DNA from: an uncultured Verrucomicrobiae bacterium
GTDB lineage: Bacteria > Verrucomicrobiota > Verrucomicrobiia > Chthoniobacterales > UBA10450
NCBI GenBank assembly: GCA_963848215.1
Contig: CAWKCU010000012.1
Coordinates: 16,684-80,683 of the forward strand
Length of the DNA: 64,000 bases
Reading direction: 5' to 3'
Shown here piece after piece: positions 17,718 to 25,915 of this stretch (within the stretch, counting starts at the first letter, position 1; each line of letters opens with the position of its first letter). The notes under the pieces were generated by a model, which saw nothing but the letters and a program-made list of their open reading frames with translations, did no database searches and was not told the DNA's origin. A program made the translations under genes and the position numbers.

Positions 17718-19018
17718 TTAGTTGACGATTACGTAGCGAAAACTCTCCTTCTGCTTGCCGCGGGCGGTAAAGGCTCCGTTCACAACACTCTCGACGCGCA
17801 GGTCGCCCTTGCCTTTGTCGCCGCCAACATATTGGAGCAAGATCATGCTCGTGGATGTTACGCGCGGATCCATGACGACGAGCGTGTCACTCTTTGTGAA
17901 GGTGTAAATCGTCGAGCTGCTCAGGACGTTGTTGTTTCCCGCGGGACCTTGCGGTCCCTGGGTCCTTGCGGACCGATCGGTCCCTGCGGCCCGAGGGGCC
18001 CCTGTCCCCCGGCGGGACCTTGTGGGCCTGTCGCGCCGGTCTCGCCTTTCGGTCCTTGCGGGCCGGGAGATCCGGCCGGGCCCGGCGGTCCCTGCTGACC
18101 AGCCGCGCAACCTTCGCGCGGCACGTTGATGGTGTAGCTGCGCGTCTCGGCTCCGGGCGTCACCACCTGCACCGTGATGACGTTCGTGCATCCGGAAAGC
18201 GGGAGCGGGGCGCTCAGCTGGTCCGCCGTCAAAGTGATGGGCGTGCCGCCGTTCATGCTGGCGGTCATGGTGCTGCTGTTCCCAGCCGGATCCGCGGTCA
18301 GGCGAATCTCGCTTACATCTTCGGACAGGACCGGGGCGAGGGTGTAGCCAGTGACATCGGGCTGGAACTTCGGCCAGAGGGCCGCGACATCCGTGGAGAG
18401 ATCGAGCAATCCGGGCGCCTGGGTGGCGGTAAGAGTGATGTTGTCCAGCTCGGCCGAACCGGGATTGAGTTGGAAGACAACAGAGTACACCGTTCCGAAA
18501 AATGGGATATTGACCGGGGGGGTTGGGGTGATGTTGTAAATCGGGGAACCTGGCTGGGCCGGGAGAACCATCGATGCGAGCAGATTTCCGTTACCATCCA
18601 GCTGGTCGTATATCTTAACGATGCGGTTTGAGGGGGGCGTGGCCGTCGCATACTGAAACGTGAGCTGACCGGAGAAGCCGGTCGCTACGTTCATGGTGAT
18701 CGGTGCCGGACTGCTTGCGTTCGGGTTGCTAAAGAACAGCACTGTGGTGCCCGGGGCGATGGTGGTGGAAATCGCGGAGTTCGCATCGGGGGAGAAAGTG
18801 ATGCCGTAATTGGGCCCCGGGCCGCTGCCGAGGCTGCCGTGACCGCCCGCATAATAATTGCGGACATCTTCGAAATTCTGCAGGCCCTCGAAGGTGACCG
18901 TGACCTGCTGGGCGTGGGCGAGCGGAAGGGTAAAAACGAGAGCCGAGGCGCAGAAGACCGCGCGGATTCGGGCAGTGAAACCGGGTAAAAAACGGGTCAT
19001 AAGGAAAAAGGAGTGCAT
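17718..19018 (-). CDS. secreted collagen-like triple-helix repeat protein with cadherin-like beta-sandwich domain (one frameshift)
   Basis: Signal peptide, then an N-terminal domain, then [23 protein letters not shown]...[14 protein letters not shown], then a Gly-X-Y run. The C-terminal 70 aa ([13 protein letters not shown]...RYVIVN) is in the frame of ORF 17718..18191. One C is missing in a C-run near 17958. Confidence 0.75.
17937..18100 (-). repeat. coding Gly-X-Y collagen-like tract, about 18 triplets
   Basis: [55 protein letters not shown], after correcting the single indel. Confidence 0.85.
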
Positions 19019-19083
19019 CAGATCGCCAGGGCGACGGCAAGAGGAATCGCGAATTATCGTAATTTCTCATAATCGACCGAAGA

Positions 19084-19101
19084 CTATACCGATAAACGGA
19101 C
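19084..19101 (-). promoter_or_regulatory. 18-nt motif CTATACCGATAAACGGAC (copy 2), 66-83 nt upstream of the collagen-like gene
   Basis: Identical to 16553-16570. It lies in the divergent spacer between 19018 (minus-strand gene) and 19173 (plus-strand gene). Confidence 0.4.
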
Positions 19102-19172
19102 AGTGGTTTCTGCGACTGGAAGGCGAACGTCGCTCGACGCTGGAGACTCCGCGCGCGTAACGTCGGCTCGCC

Positions 19173-19538
19173 ATGATCAAACAAGTCAAATTCGTCAGCA
19201 TTCCTGTGGCCGACCAGAACCGGGCGCTGGATTTTTACACGGAGAAGCTCGGGTTCACCATCATCACCGATCAGCCGTTCGATGATAAGCAACGCTGGAT
19301 CGAGCTGCGGGTGCCGAAGGCGGAGACGCGCGTCGTCCTGTTCACGGCGGAAGGTGAAGAGAAGCGGATCGGCTCGATGATGCCGATGGCTTACGCGTGC
19401 GACGACATCGATAAGACTTACGATGAATTGAAGAAGCGCGGGGTGGAGTTCGACGGCCCGCCGGAGAAACAGCCGTGGGGCTCTTACGCGATGTTCAAGG
19501 ACAGCGAAGGCAATAAGTTTGTCGTCTCCACGTCCTAG
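19173..19538 (+). CDS. VOC family protein (glyoxalase/bleomycin-resistance fold)
   Basis: 121 aa. KFVSIPVADQNRALDFYTEKLGF...GVEFDGPPEKQPWGSYAMFKDSEGNKFVV. Confidence 0.8.
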   Translation: MIKQVKFVSIPVADQNRALDFYTEKLGFTIITDQPFDDKQRWIELRVPKAETRVVLFTAEGEEKRIGSMMPMAYACDDIDKTYDELKKRGVEFDGPPEKQPWGSYAMFKDSEGNKFVVSTS

Positions 19539-19564
19539 CCGATTCGTGATCGAAGGGAGAACTT

Positions 19565-19975
19565 ATGAAACGTCTGTTGCTCGGCGCTCTGCTCGTTCTG
19601 ATAACCAAGGCCGCCGTTGGCGGGATCTTCTTCGGCCTGCTCTACGCCGGGGCCGAATCGTCTCCGACGTTCCGGCCGGAAGGGCGGGAAGCCCACGGCG
19701 TGGCCATGATTGGCTACGTCGCATGGTCTCTGGCGTTCATGTTCCTCTTCTCGCGCGGAGCGGAGAGAGGCGGATGGCGGGAAGGGCTCCGCTTCGGGAT
19801 CCTGGTCTGGCTCTTCTACTTTGTGCCGATGATCCTCGGGATCTTCGGCTATTTCGCGGTCGACAAAGCGTGGGCCGGCGCAGCGCTCGTGGGTGGACTC
19901 GCTGAAGCGCTGGCGTGCGGAGTGGTTGCATCTCTGGTTTATCGCAAACCGGAGACGCCCGTGCTGGCCGTTTGA
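19565..19975 (+). CDS. hypothetical membrane protein (4 predicted helices)
   Basis: 136 aa hydrophobic ORF, 26 nt downstream of the VOC gene. I recognise no family. Confidence 0.5.
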   Translation: MKRLLLGALLVLITKAAVGGIFFGLLYAGAESSPTFRPEGREAHGVAMIGYVAWSLAFMFLFSRGAERGGWREGLRFGILVWLFYFVPMILGIFGYFAVDKAWAGAALVGGLAEALACGVVASLVYRKPETPVLAV

Positions 19976-20008
19976 AAGCAATTGGAGGGACGGGCGCTGT
20001 CCCGTCTT

Positions 20009-20179
20009 GTCATCCCGAGGCTGGCGCAGCACGCCGAGGGACCTCCCAGTCGTAGGGGCAATCACGCAAGTCCGCTGTCGCGATCCCGCGGATTCTCGTG
20101 GCGAAATCAGGCTGCCGTTAGTTTGTGTGGAACCAGTGCGCTTGAGAGGTCTCTCGCCGTCTCCGCGGCTCGGGATGAC
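20009..20179. mobile_element. MITE-like element, family C copy 1 (terminal inverted repeats GTCATCCCGAG...)
   Basis: The left end GTCATCCCGAGGCTGGCGCAGCACGCCGAGGGACCTC is mirrored by CTCGGGATGAC at the right end. Homologous elements are at 38678-38854 and 63501-63691. It has no coding capacity. Confidence 0.55.
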
Positions 20180-20218
20180 ACGATCTTACGCCGCCACGGC
20201 GGTCGTTCCCTCCCGTTC

Positions 20219-20265
20219 GGGAACGGCGATCCCGCGTTGGCGGGACCGTTGCTACAGCGCTGCAG
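20219..20265. repeat. REP-like repeat family B copy 2
   Basis: GGAACGGCGATCCCGCGTTGGCGGGACCGTTGCTACAGCGCTGCAG. Confidence 0.65.
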
Positions 20266-20289
20266 AGTCAGGCTCTGGTCGTCCTTCTA

Positions 20290-21846
20290 TTAGTTCCGGG
20301 TCCGATCGTCGATCACGCCGGGGTCGCGTGGTTGATGCGGCGAGGCGAGGAAGGGGAAGACATTTTGGAAGGGGACTTCGTTGGAATTCACGTTGTCGGA
20401 AAGGAATGTCCGGTTGTTAAGCAAAGTCAGGAGGACATCGATGACGTCGTCACCGAAGCGTCGCCCATTCGGGAAACCCGCGTTGGTGCTGGTCCCACCG
20501 CCGGGCCCGGTATTCGGCGTGTTGAGACTCAATCGGAGGAAATCGCCGTTGGTTACCGCAATGCCGGCCAAGATATTGATGGAGGTGTTGTCGGTCCCGA
20601 GCTTTTGAAGATTCGCGACGATATCACCGGCAAAGCGGCCGGTCGCGTCTTCTCGAGGATTGGAAGTGTTGTATTCATCCTTCCGGGAGAATGGAACGAG
20701 AGCCACGTTAACGGCGGGGACGCCCATGCGATCGATCTGCGGCGCATTTTCGATATCAAAAACCTCGACCACGGCAATGCCCTGCGCGCCATCTGCTCCC
20801 TCCACAATGGCGGTATAGGCAGCCGCCTGGAGCGCCGCGATGATGACGGATTCCCTGGGGTCCGAGGGCGCGAATCCCAGGCTGGAGATTTCCGCGGCCA
20901 GAGCACTGTCCTGCCAGTTATCGTTGCTGGCCAATATCTGCCCCTGGCCATTAACGATTCTGAGCGTGGGATCGGAGAGCGCCGCGAGGCCGAAGGCGCT
21001 CAAGCTCGGCCCGAGAGCGCGGACGATGACGCGCTTCGGGTTCCGGCCACTAATTATTTTCCCGGCGATCAAAACCCTATCGCCGCCCTCGACCTGAGCG
21101 CGGGCCGCGAGGTTCGCCAAAACGGTGGGGTTCCGAAAGGTAGCCGCGGAAATGCCCACCACATTGTTGGACTTCGGCAGCAGTCCTACCGGAATGCTCA
21201 GGGTAATCGCCATGGTGTTGTAGCCGGCAAAGGAATCCCGGCCGCGACTCAAGAAGGAATTGTTTCGGCTGCCGGCCAGGACCGAATCGAACCATCGTGA
21301 GAATCCCGTGACGTCGAAAAAGAATGGATCATCGACCGATCCGGCGGAGAATCTGACTCCGGACGCAGAATCGGTCGTTACCACCTGCGGGGGCGCGGTC
21401 GGTTCGAGCGACGGATTGGTGGCCGGGGCGACAAAGTCAAAAACCTTGTTCAATCCCTGGAACATTTGGACGGTCGCATTCTGCGCCGCGCTGGTGCTCG
21501 TCCTCGGGGAAAAGGTGACGTTAATGAGGGCGTCGAAGATGGCGTCGCCGGTTCCTTCGAGTTGGAACTGGTAACGCGCATTCGGGTCGAAAATTGCCTG
21601 GTTGACGGCTTCGCTGGGGATCATGAACCCGCCGACAGTCATGCTGAGAACCGCGCGAGTGTTATCGGATGGATCCAGGAAGAAATAGACATCGCCGATG
21701 TCGACCGCCGCATCGACGGAGATTCTTGGCCCATCCCTGTGGTCGGCCGCGCCAAGGTTGCCGGCGCCCAACGAAACTGCGCACAGAAGTAGAGTTACCC
21801 GCAGGAGGATCGAGACCGAGGAACTTGGGAGCGTCTTCGTTTTCAT
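20290..21846 (-). CDS. DUF4331 family secreted protein with a nested extra domain
   Basis: Signal peptide from the ATG at 21846. ADHRDGPRISVD...DIGDVYFF near the N-terminus and FPNGRRFGDDVIDVLL near the C-terminus fit DUF4331. Residues encoded by 20752-21132 form an inserted module of about 125 aa (RALGPSL...SNDNW...YTAIV...VVEVFDI). Confidence 0.7.
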   Translation of the reverse strand: MKTKTLPSSSVSILLRVTLLLCAVSLGAGNLGAADHRDGPRISVDAAVDIGDVYFFLDPSDNTRAVLSMTVGGFMIPSEAVNQAIFDPNARYQFQLEGTGDAIFDALINVTFSPRTSTSAAQNATVQMFQGLNKVFDFVAPATNPSLEPTAPPQVVTTDSASGVRFSAGSVDDPFFFDVTGFSRWFDSVLAGSRNNSFLSRGRDSFAGYNTMAITLSIPVGLLPKSNNVVGISAATFRNPTVLANLAARAQVEGGDRVLIAGKIISGRNPKRVIVRALGPSLSAFGLAALSDPTLRIVNGQGQILASNDNWQDSALAAEISSLGFAPSDPRESVIIAALQAAAYTAIVEGADGAQGIAVVEVFDIENAPQIDRMGVPAVNVALVPFSRKDEYNTSNPREDATGRFAGDIVANLQKLGTDNTSINILAGIAVTNGDFLRLSLNTPNTGPGGGTSTNAGFPNGRRFGDDVIDVLLTLLNNRTFLSDNVNSNEVPFQNVFPFLASPHQPRDPGVIDDRTRN

Positions 21847-22043
21847 GTTCGGTGGGTTGAGTGATTTAGTGGGCGCAAAAGCCCCATCCCTTACCGCAAC
21901 CGAAGAAGCCCGCGCCCGCGAGAGAGGCCGATGATGAGGCCGGAGGGGCGGGTCCGTCAATCCTTTTGGCCGCACGGAGGGAGGCTGCACGTCCCAATCC
22001 CGCGCCCAGGTGGGACGTGCGGAAGCACCCTCCGAGCGAAGAA

Positions 22044-22742
22044 TCACCAGGGAATCACTTTCCGATCCTTCACGAACTTACCGGTCAGATCGTGGGGCGC
22101 GTCGGTGGCGAGCCAAACGATGGTGGCGGCGCCTTCCGCCACGGAGCGAGTTGCGTTCTCGCCGCCCATGTCGGTGCGGACCCAGCCCGGGCAAACACAG
22201 TTAACAGCGAACTTCGGCAGGGCCGCGGCAAGCTGCACCGTGACGCCATTCAACGCGGTTTTCGAAACGCAGTAGCAGGGCGCCCATCCATCCGCGCCGT
22301 CCTCGAGCTGGCCGCCGCCGCTCGAAACGTTCACGATTCGCGGCGCGGAACTCTTTTTTAGCAACGGCACGAAGGCCTGCGCGACGAGCCACGGACCGAG
22401 CGTGTTGGTTCGTAATGTCTTCTCGAAAATTTCCGGCGTAAGGCTCAGCGCGTCCTTGTCCTCGTCGACGAGGATTCCCGCGTTGTTGATCAGCACGTCG
22501 AGCCGGTCACCTTGTCGCGACACCTCCTCAGCTGCGCGACGGATGCTTGCCGCATCAGAAACGTCGATCTCGAGAAAAACGACGGCGCCATCGGCGCTGA
22601 GTTTCTCGGCCGCAGCCCGCCCGGCTTCCAAGTTGCGCGCACCGAGGAAGACGCGAAGGCCCAACCGCGCCAGCTCCCGCACGACTTCAAACCCGATCCC
22701 TTTGTTCGCGCCGGTGACCAGCGCCGTCTTTTGGTTTCTCAT
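22044..22742 (-). CDS. SDR family oxidoreductase (carbonyl-reductase-like)
   Basis: TALVTGANKGIGFE (TGxxxGIG), NNAG, and a YCVSK active-site YxxxK. Confidence 0.9.
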   Translation of the reverse strand: MRNQKTALVTGANKGIGFEVVRELARLGLRVFLGARNLEAGRAAAEKLSADGAVVFLEIDVSDAASIRRAAEEVSRQGDRLDVLINNAGILVDEDKDALSLTPEIFEKTLRTNTLGPWLVAQAFVPLLKKSSAPRIVNVSSGGGQLEDGADGWAPCYCVSKTALNGVTVQLAAALPKFAVNCVCPGWVRTDMGGENATRSVAEGAATIVWLATDAPHDLTGKFVKDRKVIPW

Positions 22743-22768
22743 GACTTGGTGTCAGATACTTCACCGCG

Positions 22769-24040
22769 CTAGCGATGGACAGAGAATGAATCGTGGCGTG
22801 GATTGATTCGGGCCGCTTCGGCCAGGAGTTCCTTTCCGCGATCAGCGTTGCCCGCCTTCATGAAAATGGTCCCGGCGTGCGCGAGGATATGGGCGTCCCT
22901 CGTGCCGCGGGCGAGCAGCCTGGTCATGATTTCGCCGGCCTGCGCAGAATCGCCGTCGCGATAATGCGCCCAGGCGAGCGTATCTTCGGCCTCCGCGGTG
23001 TGCCGCAATTCCAAATCTCGCCGGGCCCATTTCAGGGCCTCCTTCGGATTTGTTTCGGTGTCGGAAAAAAACTCGGCGAGATGATGAAAGTAATGGGCGT
23101 TGCCCTGCTCGGCATTTTTCAAAAAAGCGTCGCGAGCCCGGCCGCACCAGTCGGCCGCTTCCGCGCTCTTACCCATTAGTCCATACACTTGTCCCAAGGC
23201 GTGCCAGAATTCCGGGCGCTGCCGGCGCGCGATCACTTTTTCATAAAGAACGACCGATTCCTCATATTTTTTTTGAGCAGCCCGAAGCTCCGCCATGTGC
23301 TCCAAGGCACCAAAATCGTCCGCATGCTCGACAAGCGCGGCCCGGTAATTTTTCTCGGCTTCGTCCCAGCGTCCGAGAGCGAAGGCTAGCTGGCCCAGCT
23401 CCACGAGACACCACGCGACGATTTCGGGAGACGCCGGCGACAACTGTCGCGCGGCTGCGAGGGCCTTCTCCAGATGCATCCGGGCCGGATCGAACGCGCC
23501 GCGCGCCTCTTCAAGCCGGGCGAGACGCGTCTCGATCTCGATGGGATCGGCTTTGCGTTTCTGCATTTCGGCGTAGGCGTCTGCCGCCTGGTCGATCTCC
23601 CCAAATTCCAGGAGGGCGTCCCCCAGCAGGATGAATCCGCGACTTTTGCCCGGTTCGATTTTCGTGAGAGCCAAGGCGCGATCGCGTGCCGCGGCAAAAT
23701 GATGCGACTCGTACTCGACCTTGGCATCCATGTATAATCCGCTGGCGTTTCGCTGGGCCGGCACCGAGGCCAGGGAGCGGCGGACGGCTTCGCTCGCCCG
23801 TCGGAGCCATTCGTAACCGCCGGTTTCGCGGAGGCGCTCGAGGTAAATTTCCGCGAGCCGGTTTTGCGATATGATGTCGTCGGGATCGTGTTGGACACGG
23901 TCCTCAAGGAAACGTTGGACGCGCTCCGGACTTTCCGACGGAACTGGCTTTTCCTCGTGGGCAGTGAGATTCCGCAGAAAAAACGCCTGACTTGCTAATA
24001 GAACCAGCGCGACTCTCCGGCCCGGAAAAGAGGTTTTCAC
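22769..24040 (-). CDS. tetratricopeptide repeat protein, secreted
   Basis: 423 aa with a signal peptide and repeated A-x-x-Y/A-L helical pairs throughout. Confidence 0.7.
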   Translation of the reverse strand: MKTSFPGRRVALVLLASQAFFLRNLTAHEEKPVPSESPERVQRFLEDRVQHDPDDIISQNRLAEIYLERLRETGGYEWLRRASEAVRRSLASVPAQRNASGLYMDAKVEYESHHFAAARDRALALTKIEPGKSRGFILLGDALLEFGEIDQAADAYAEMQKRKADPIEIETRLARLEEARGAFDPARMHLEKALAAARQLSPASPEIVAWCLVELGQLAFALGRWDEAEKNYRAALVEHADDFGALEHMAELRAAQKKYEESVVLYEKVIARRQRPEFWHALGQVYGLMGKSAEAADWCGRARDAFLKNAEQGNAHYFHHLAEFFSDTETNPKEALKWARRDLELRHTAEAEDTLAWAHYRDGDSAQAGEIMTRLLARGTRDAHILAHAGTIFMKAGNADRGKELLAEAARINPRHDSFSVHR

Positions 24041-24050
24041 CTCAGTTTAT

Positions 24051-25268
24051 TTATCGCCGCCGACGTCCGAAGGAATAGCCGCGATGGGTGCGGCCGCCGC
24101 CGATGGAACGCTTTCCGCCCTCGGCCGCTTCGGGCTCGAAGAGGGCGGTGTAAAGGTAGGGGAAGCCGTCGAGTTTGAGGCGGGGGATCTTCTGGCCCAT
24201 GAAGCGCTCGATCGAGTGGAGGGAGGCAAGCTCTTCGCCGTTCATAAGCGTGAAAGCGTCGCCGACATTTTGGGCGCGGCCGGTTCGGCCGATGCGGTGG
24301 ACGTAGTCTTCCGGATGCTCGGGCACGTCGTAATTGATGACGTGACTGACGCCGGCGATGTCAATGCCGCGCGCCGCGATGTCGGTGGCGACCATGATTT
24401 CATACTTGCCGCTCTTGAAACCTTCCAGCGCTTCCACCCGCTCCCGCTGCGTCCGGTTCGAATGCATCACCGCCACGGAATGTTTGGCCTGCTTCAATCT
24501 CACCGCGATCTTGTCCGCGCCATGTTTGGTGCGGCTGAAGATGAGGGCGCTGTCGAAATTCGTGCGCTCGAGCAGCGCCATGAGCAGATCGAATTTTTGT
24601 TCGGCTGCCACGGGATAGACAGCGTGCGTAACGGTTTCGGCCGGTGAACGGCGCGCGCCAATCTCGACTACCTCCGGTTCGCGCAAGACCCAGGCAGCGA
24701 GCCGCTCGATTTCCGGCGGCAACGTCGCGGAGAACAGGAGCGTCTGCCGGTCAGTGGAGATTTGCTCCACGATCCGGCGGACGTCGGGAAGAAAGCCCAT
24801 GTCGAGCATTCGGTCGACTTCATCGAGCACCAAAATCTTGACGTGACGAAAATTGAGCGACCCCTGTTCCAGCAAATCGAGCAAGCGGCCGGGCGTGGCC
24901 GCGACGACATCCACTCCGCGGGCGGCTTCTTCGCGTTGTTTCCCGTAACCCACGCCGCCGTGCACCACAGAGACGCGGAGATCGGTGAAGCGCCCGTAAT
25001 CGCGAAAAGCAGTTTCAACCTGCGCCGCCAGCTCGCGCGTCGGCTCGAGGACGAGGCAGCGGAAATCACCGTGTTTGGCCAGCAGCGTGAGGATGGGCAG
25101 CGCGAAAGCGGCAGTCTTGCCGGTGCCGGTTTGCGCCGTGCCGATCAAGTCCTTTCCGGCGAGAACGATCGGGAAGGCGCGAAGTTGAATCGGAGTTGGC
25201 TCCGAGAAGCCCATCGCCTGGGTGCCGCGGACGACTTCCGACGAGAGGCCAAAATCTTTAAATGACAC
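24051..25268 (-). CDS. rhlE: DEAD-box ATP-dependent RNA helicase
   Basis: Q-motif GFSEPTPIQ, AQTGTGKT, DEVD, SAT, HRIGRTGRA, and an Arg/Gly-rich tail. Confidence 0.9.
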   Translation of the reverse strand: MSFKDFGLSSEVVRGTQAMGFSEPTPIQLRAFPIVLAGKDLIGTAQTGTGKTAAFALPILTLLAKHGDFRCLVLEPTRELAAQVETAFRDYGRFTDLRVSVVHGGVGYGKQREEAARGVDVVAATPGRLLDLLEQGSLNFRHVKILVLDEVDRMLDMGFLPDVRRIVEQISTDRQTLLFSATLPPEIERLAAWVLREPEVVEIGARRSPAETVTHAVYPVAAEQKFDLLMALLERTNFDSALIFSRTKHGADKIAVRLKQAKHSVAVMHSNRTQRERVEALEGFKSGKYEIMVATDIAARGIDIAGVSHVINYDVPEHPEDYVHRIGRTGRAQNVGDAFTLMNGEELASLHSIERFMGQKIPRLKLDGFPYLYTALFEPEAAEGGKRSIGGGRTHRGYSFGRRRR

Positions 25269-25351
25269 GGGTGGAAGCTACTCCGTCTTGGGGCATCACA
25301 CAACGGTCCACCGAGCCGTGGCGACAGCATCGGTTTGTGCGAGGATGCGAG

Positions 25352-25804
25352 ATGGCGCAGGCACTATCCATTTTCGTAATGGCCGACACGCACAATCGCC
25401 TGCCGGTTAACATCGAGGCCCTGGCGAAGAACGCGGATGAGATCTGGCATCTCGGCGATGTTTGCGATCCAGCCATTCTCGAAGCGATCGAGCATTTCGG
25501 GCCGCCGGTAACGGTCGTGCGCGGAAACTGCGACAGTGGTTCGGAATGGCCATTGGTGGTCGATCTGGAACGAAATGGCGCGCGGTTACGTCTGATCCAC
25601 ATCCCGCCAGAGCGCCCGCCCGCTAACTTCGACGTGGTGTTGCACGGTCATACCCATGTCCCGCGAAATGAGCGGCGCGAAGGGGTGCTGTTTTTGAATC
25701 CCGGTTGCGTCACGCGGCCAAATCGCGGCTCACCGGCGAGCGTGGCGAATCTGGATATTGGTCCGGACGGCAAGTTGAGCTGGCGAACAATCCCGTTGCG
25801 CTGA
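25352..25804 (+). CDS. metallophosphoesterase, YfcE/MJ0936 family
   Basis: IFVMADTHN, HLGDV, GNCD and LHGHTH motifs. I chose the ATG at 25352. Confidence 0.8.
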   Translation: MAQALSIFVMADTHNRLPVNIEALAKNADEIWHLGDVCDPAILEAIEHFGPPVTVVRGNCDSGSEWPLVVDLERNGARLRLIHIPPERPPANFDVVLHGHTHVPRNERREGVLFLNPGCVTRPNRGSPASVANLDIGPDGKLSWRTIPLR

Positions 25805-25810
25805 GGGAGC

Positions 25811-25889
25811 GGCGCTGTAGTCGCCCCGCTCAGTCGGGGCGCCAACGGGACACGGCGATCCCGCAGTCGCGGGACCGTGGCTACAGAGC
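25811..25889. repeat. REP-like repeat family B copy 3
   Basis: GGCGCTGTAGTCGCCCCGCTCAGTCGGGGCGCC...ACACGGCGATCCCGCAGTCGCGGGACCGTGGCTACAGAGC. Confidence 0.7.
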
Positions 25890-25915
25890 TAATTGCATCG
25901 CGTACGAAAGGCCTG

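Noticed and set aside
17937-18100. The GGNCCN-rich tract as a non-coding tandem repeat or assembly artefact
   Set aside because: It keeps strict triplet periodicity with Gly at every third codon and varied X-Y residues. It is also embedded between recognisable protein domains, so it is a coding collagen-like repeat.
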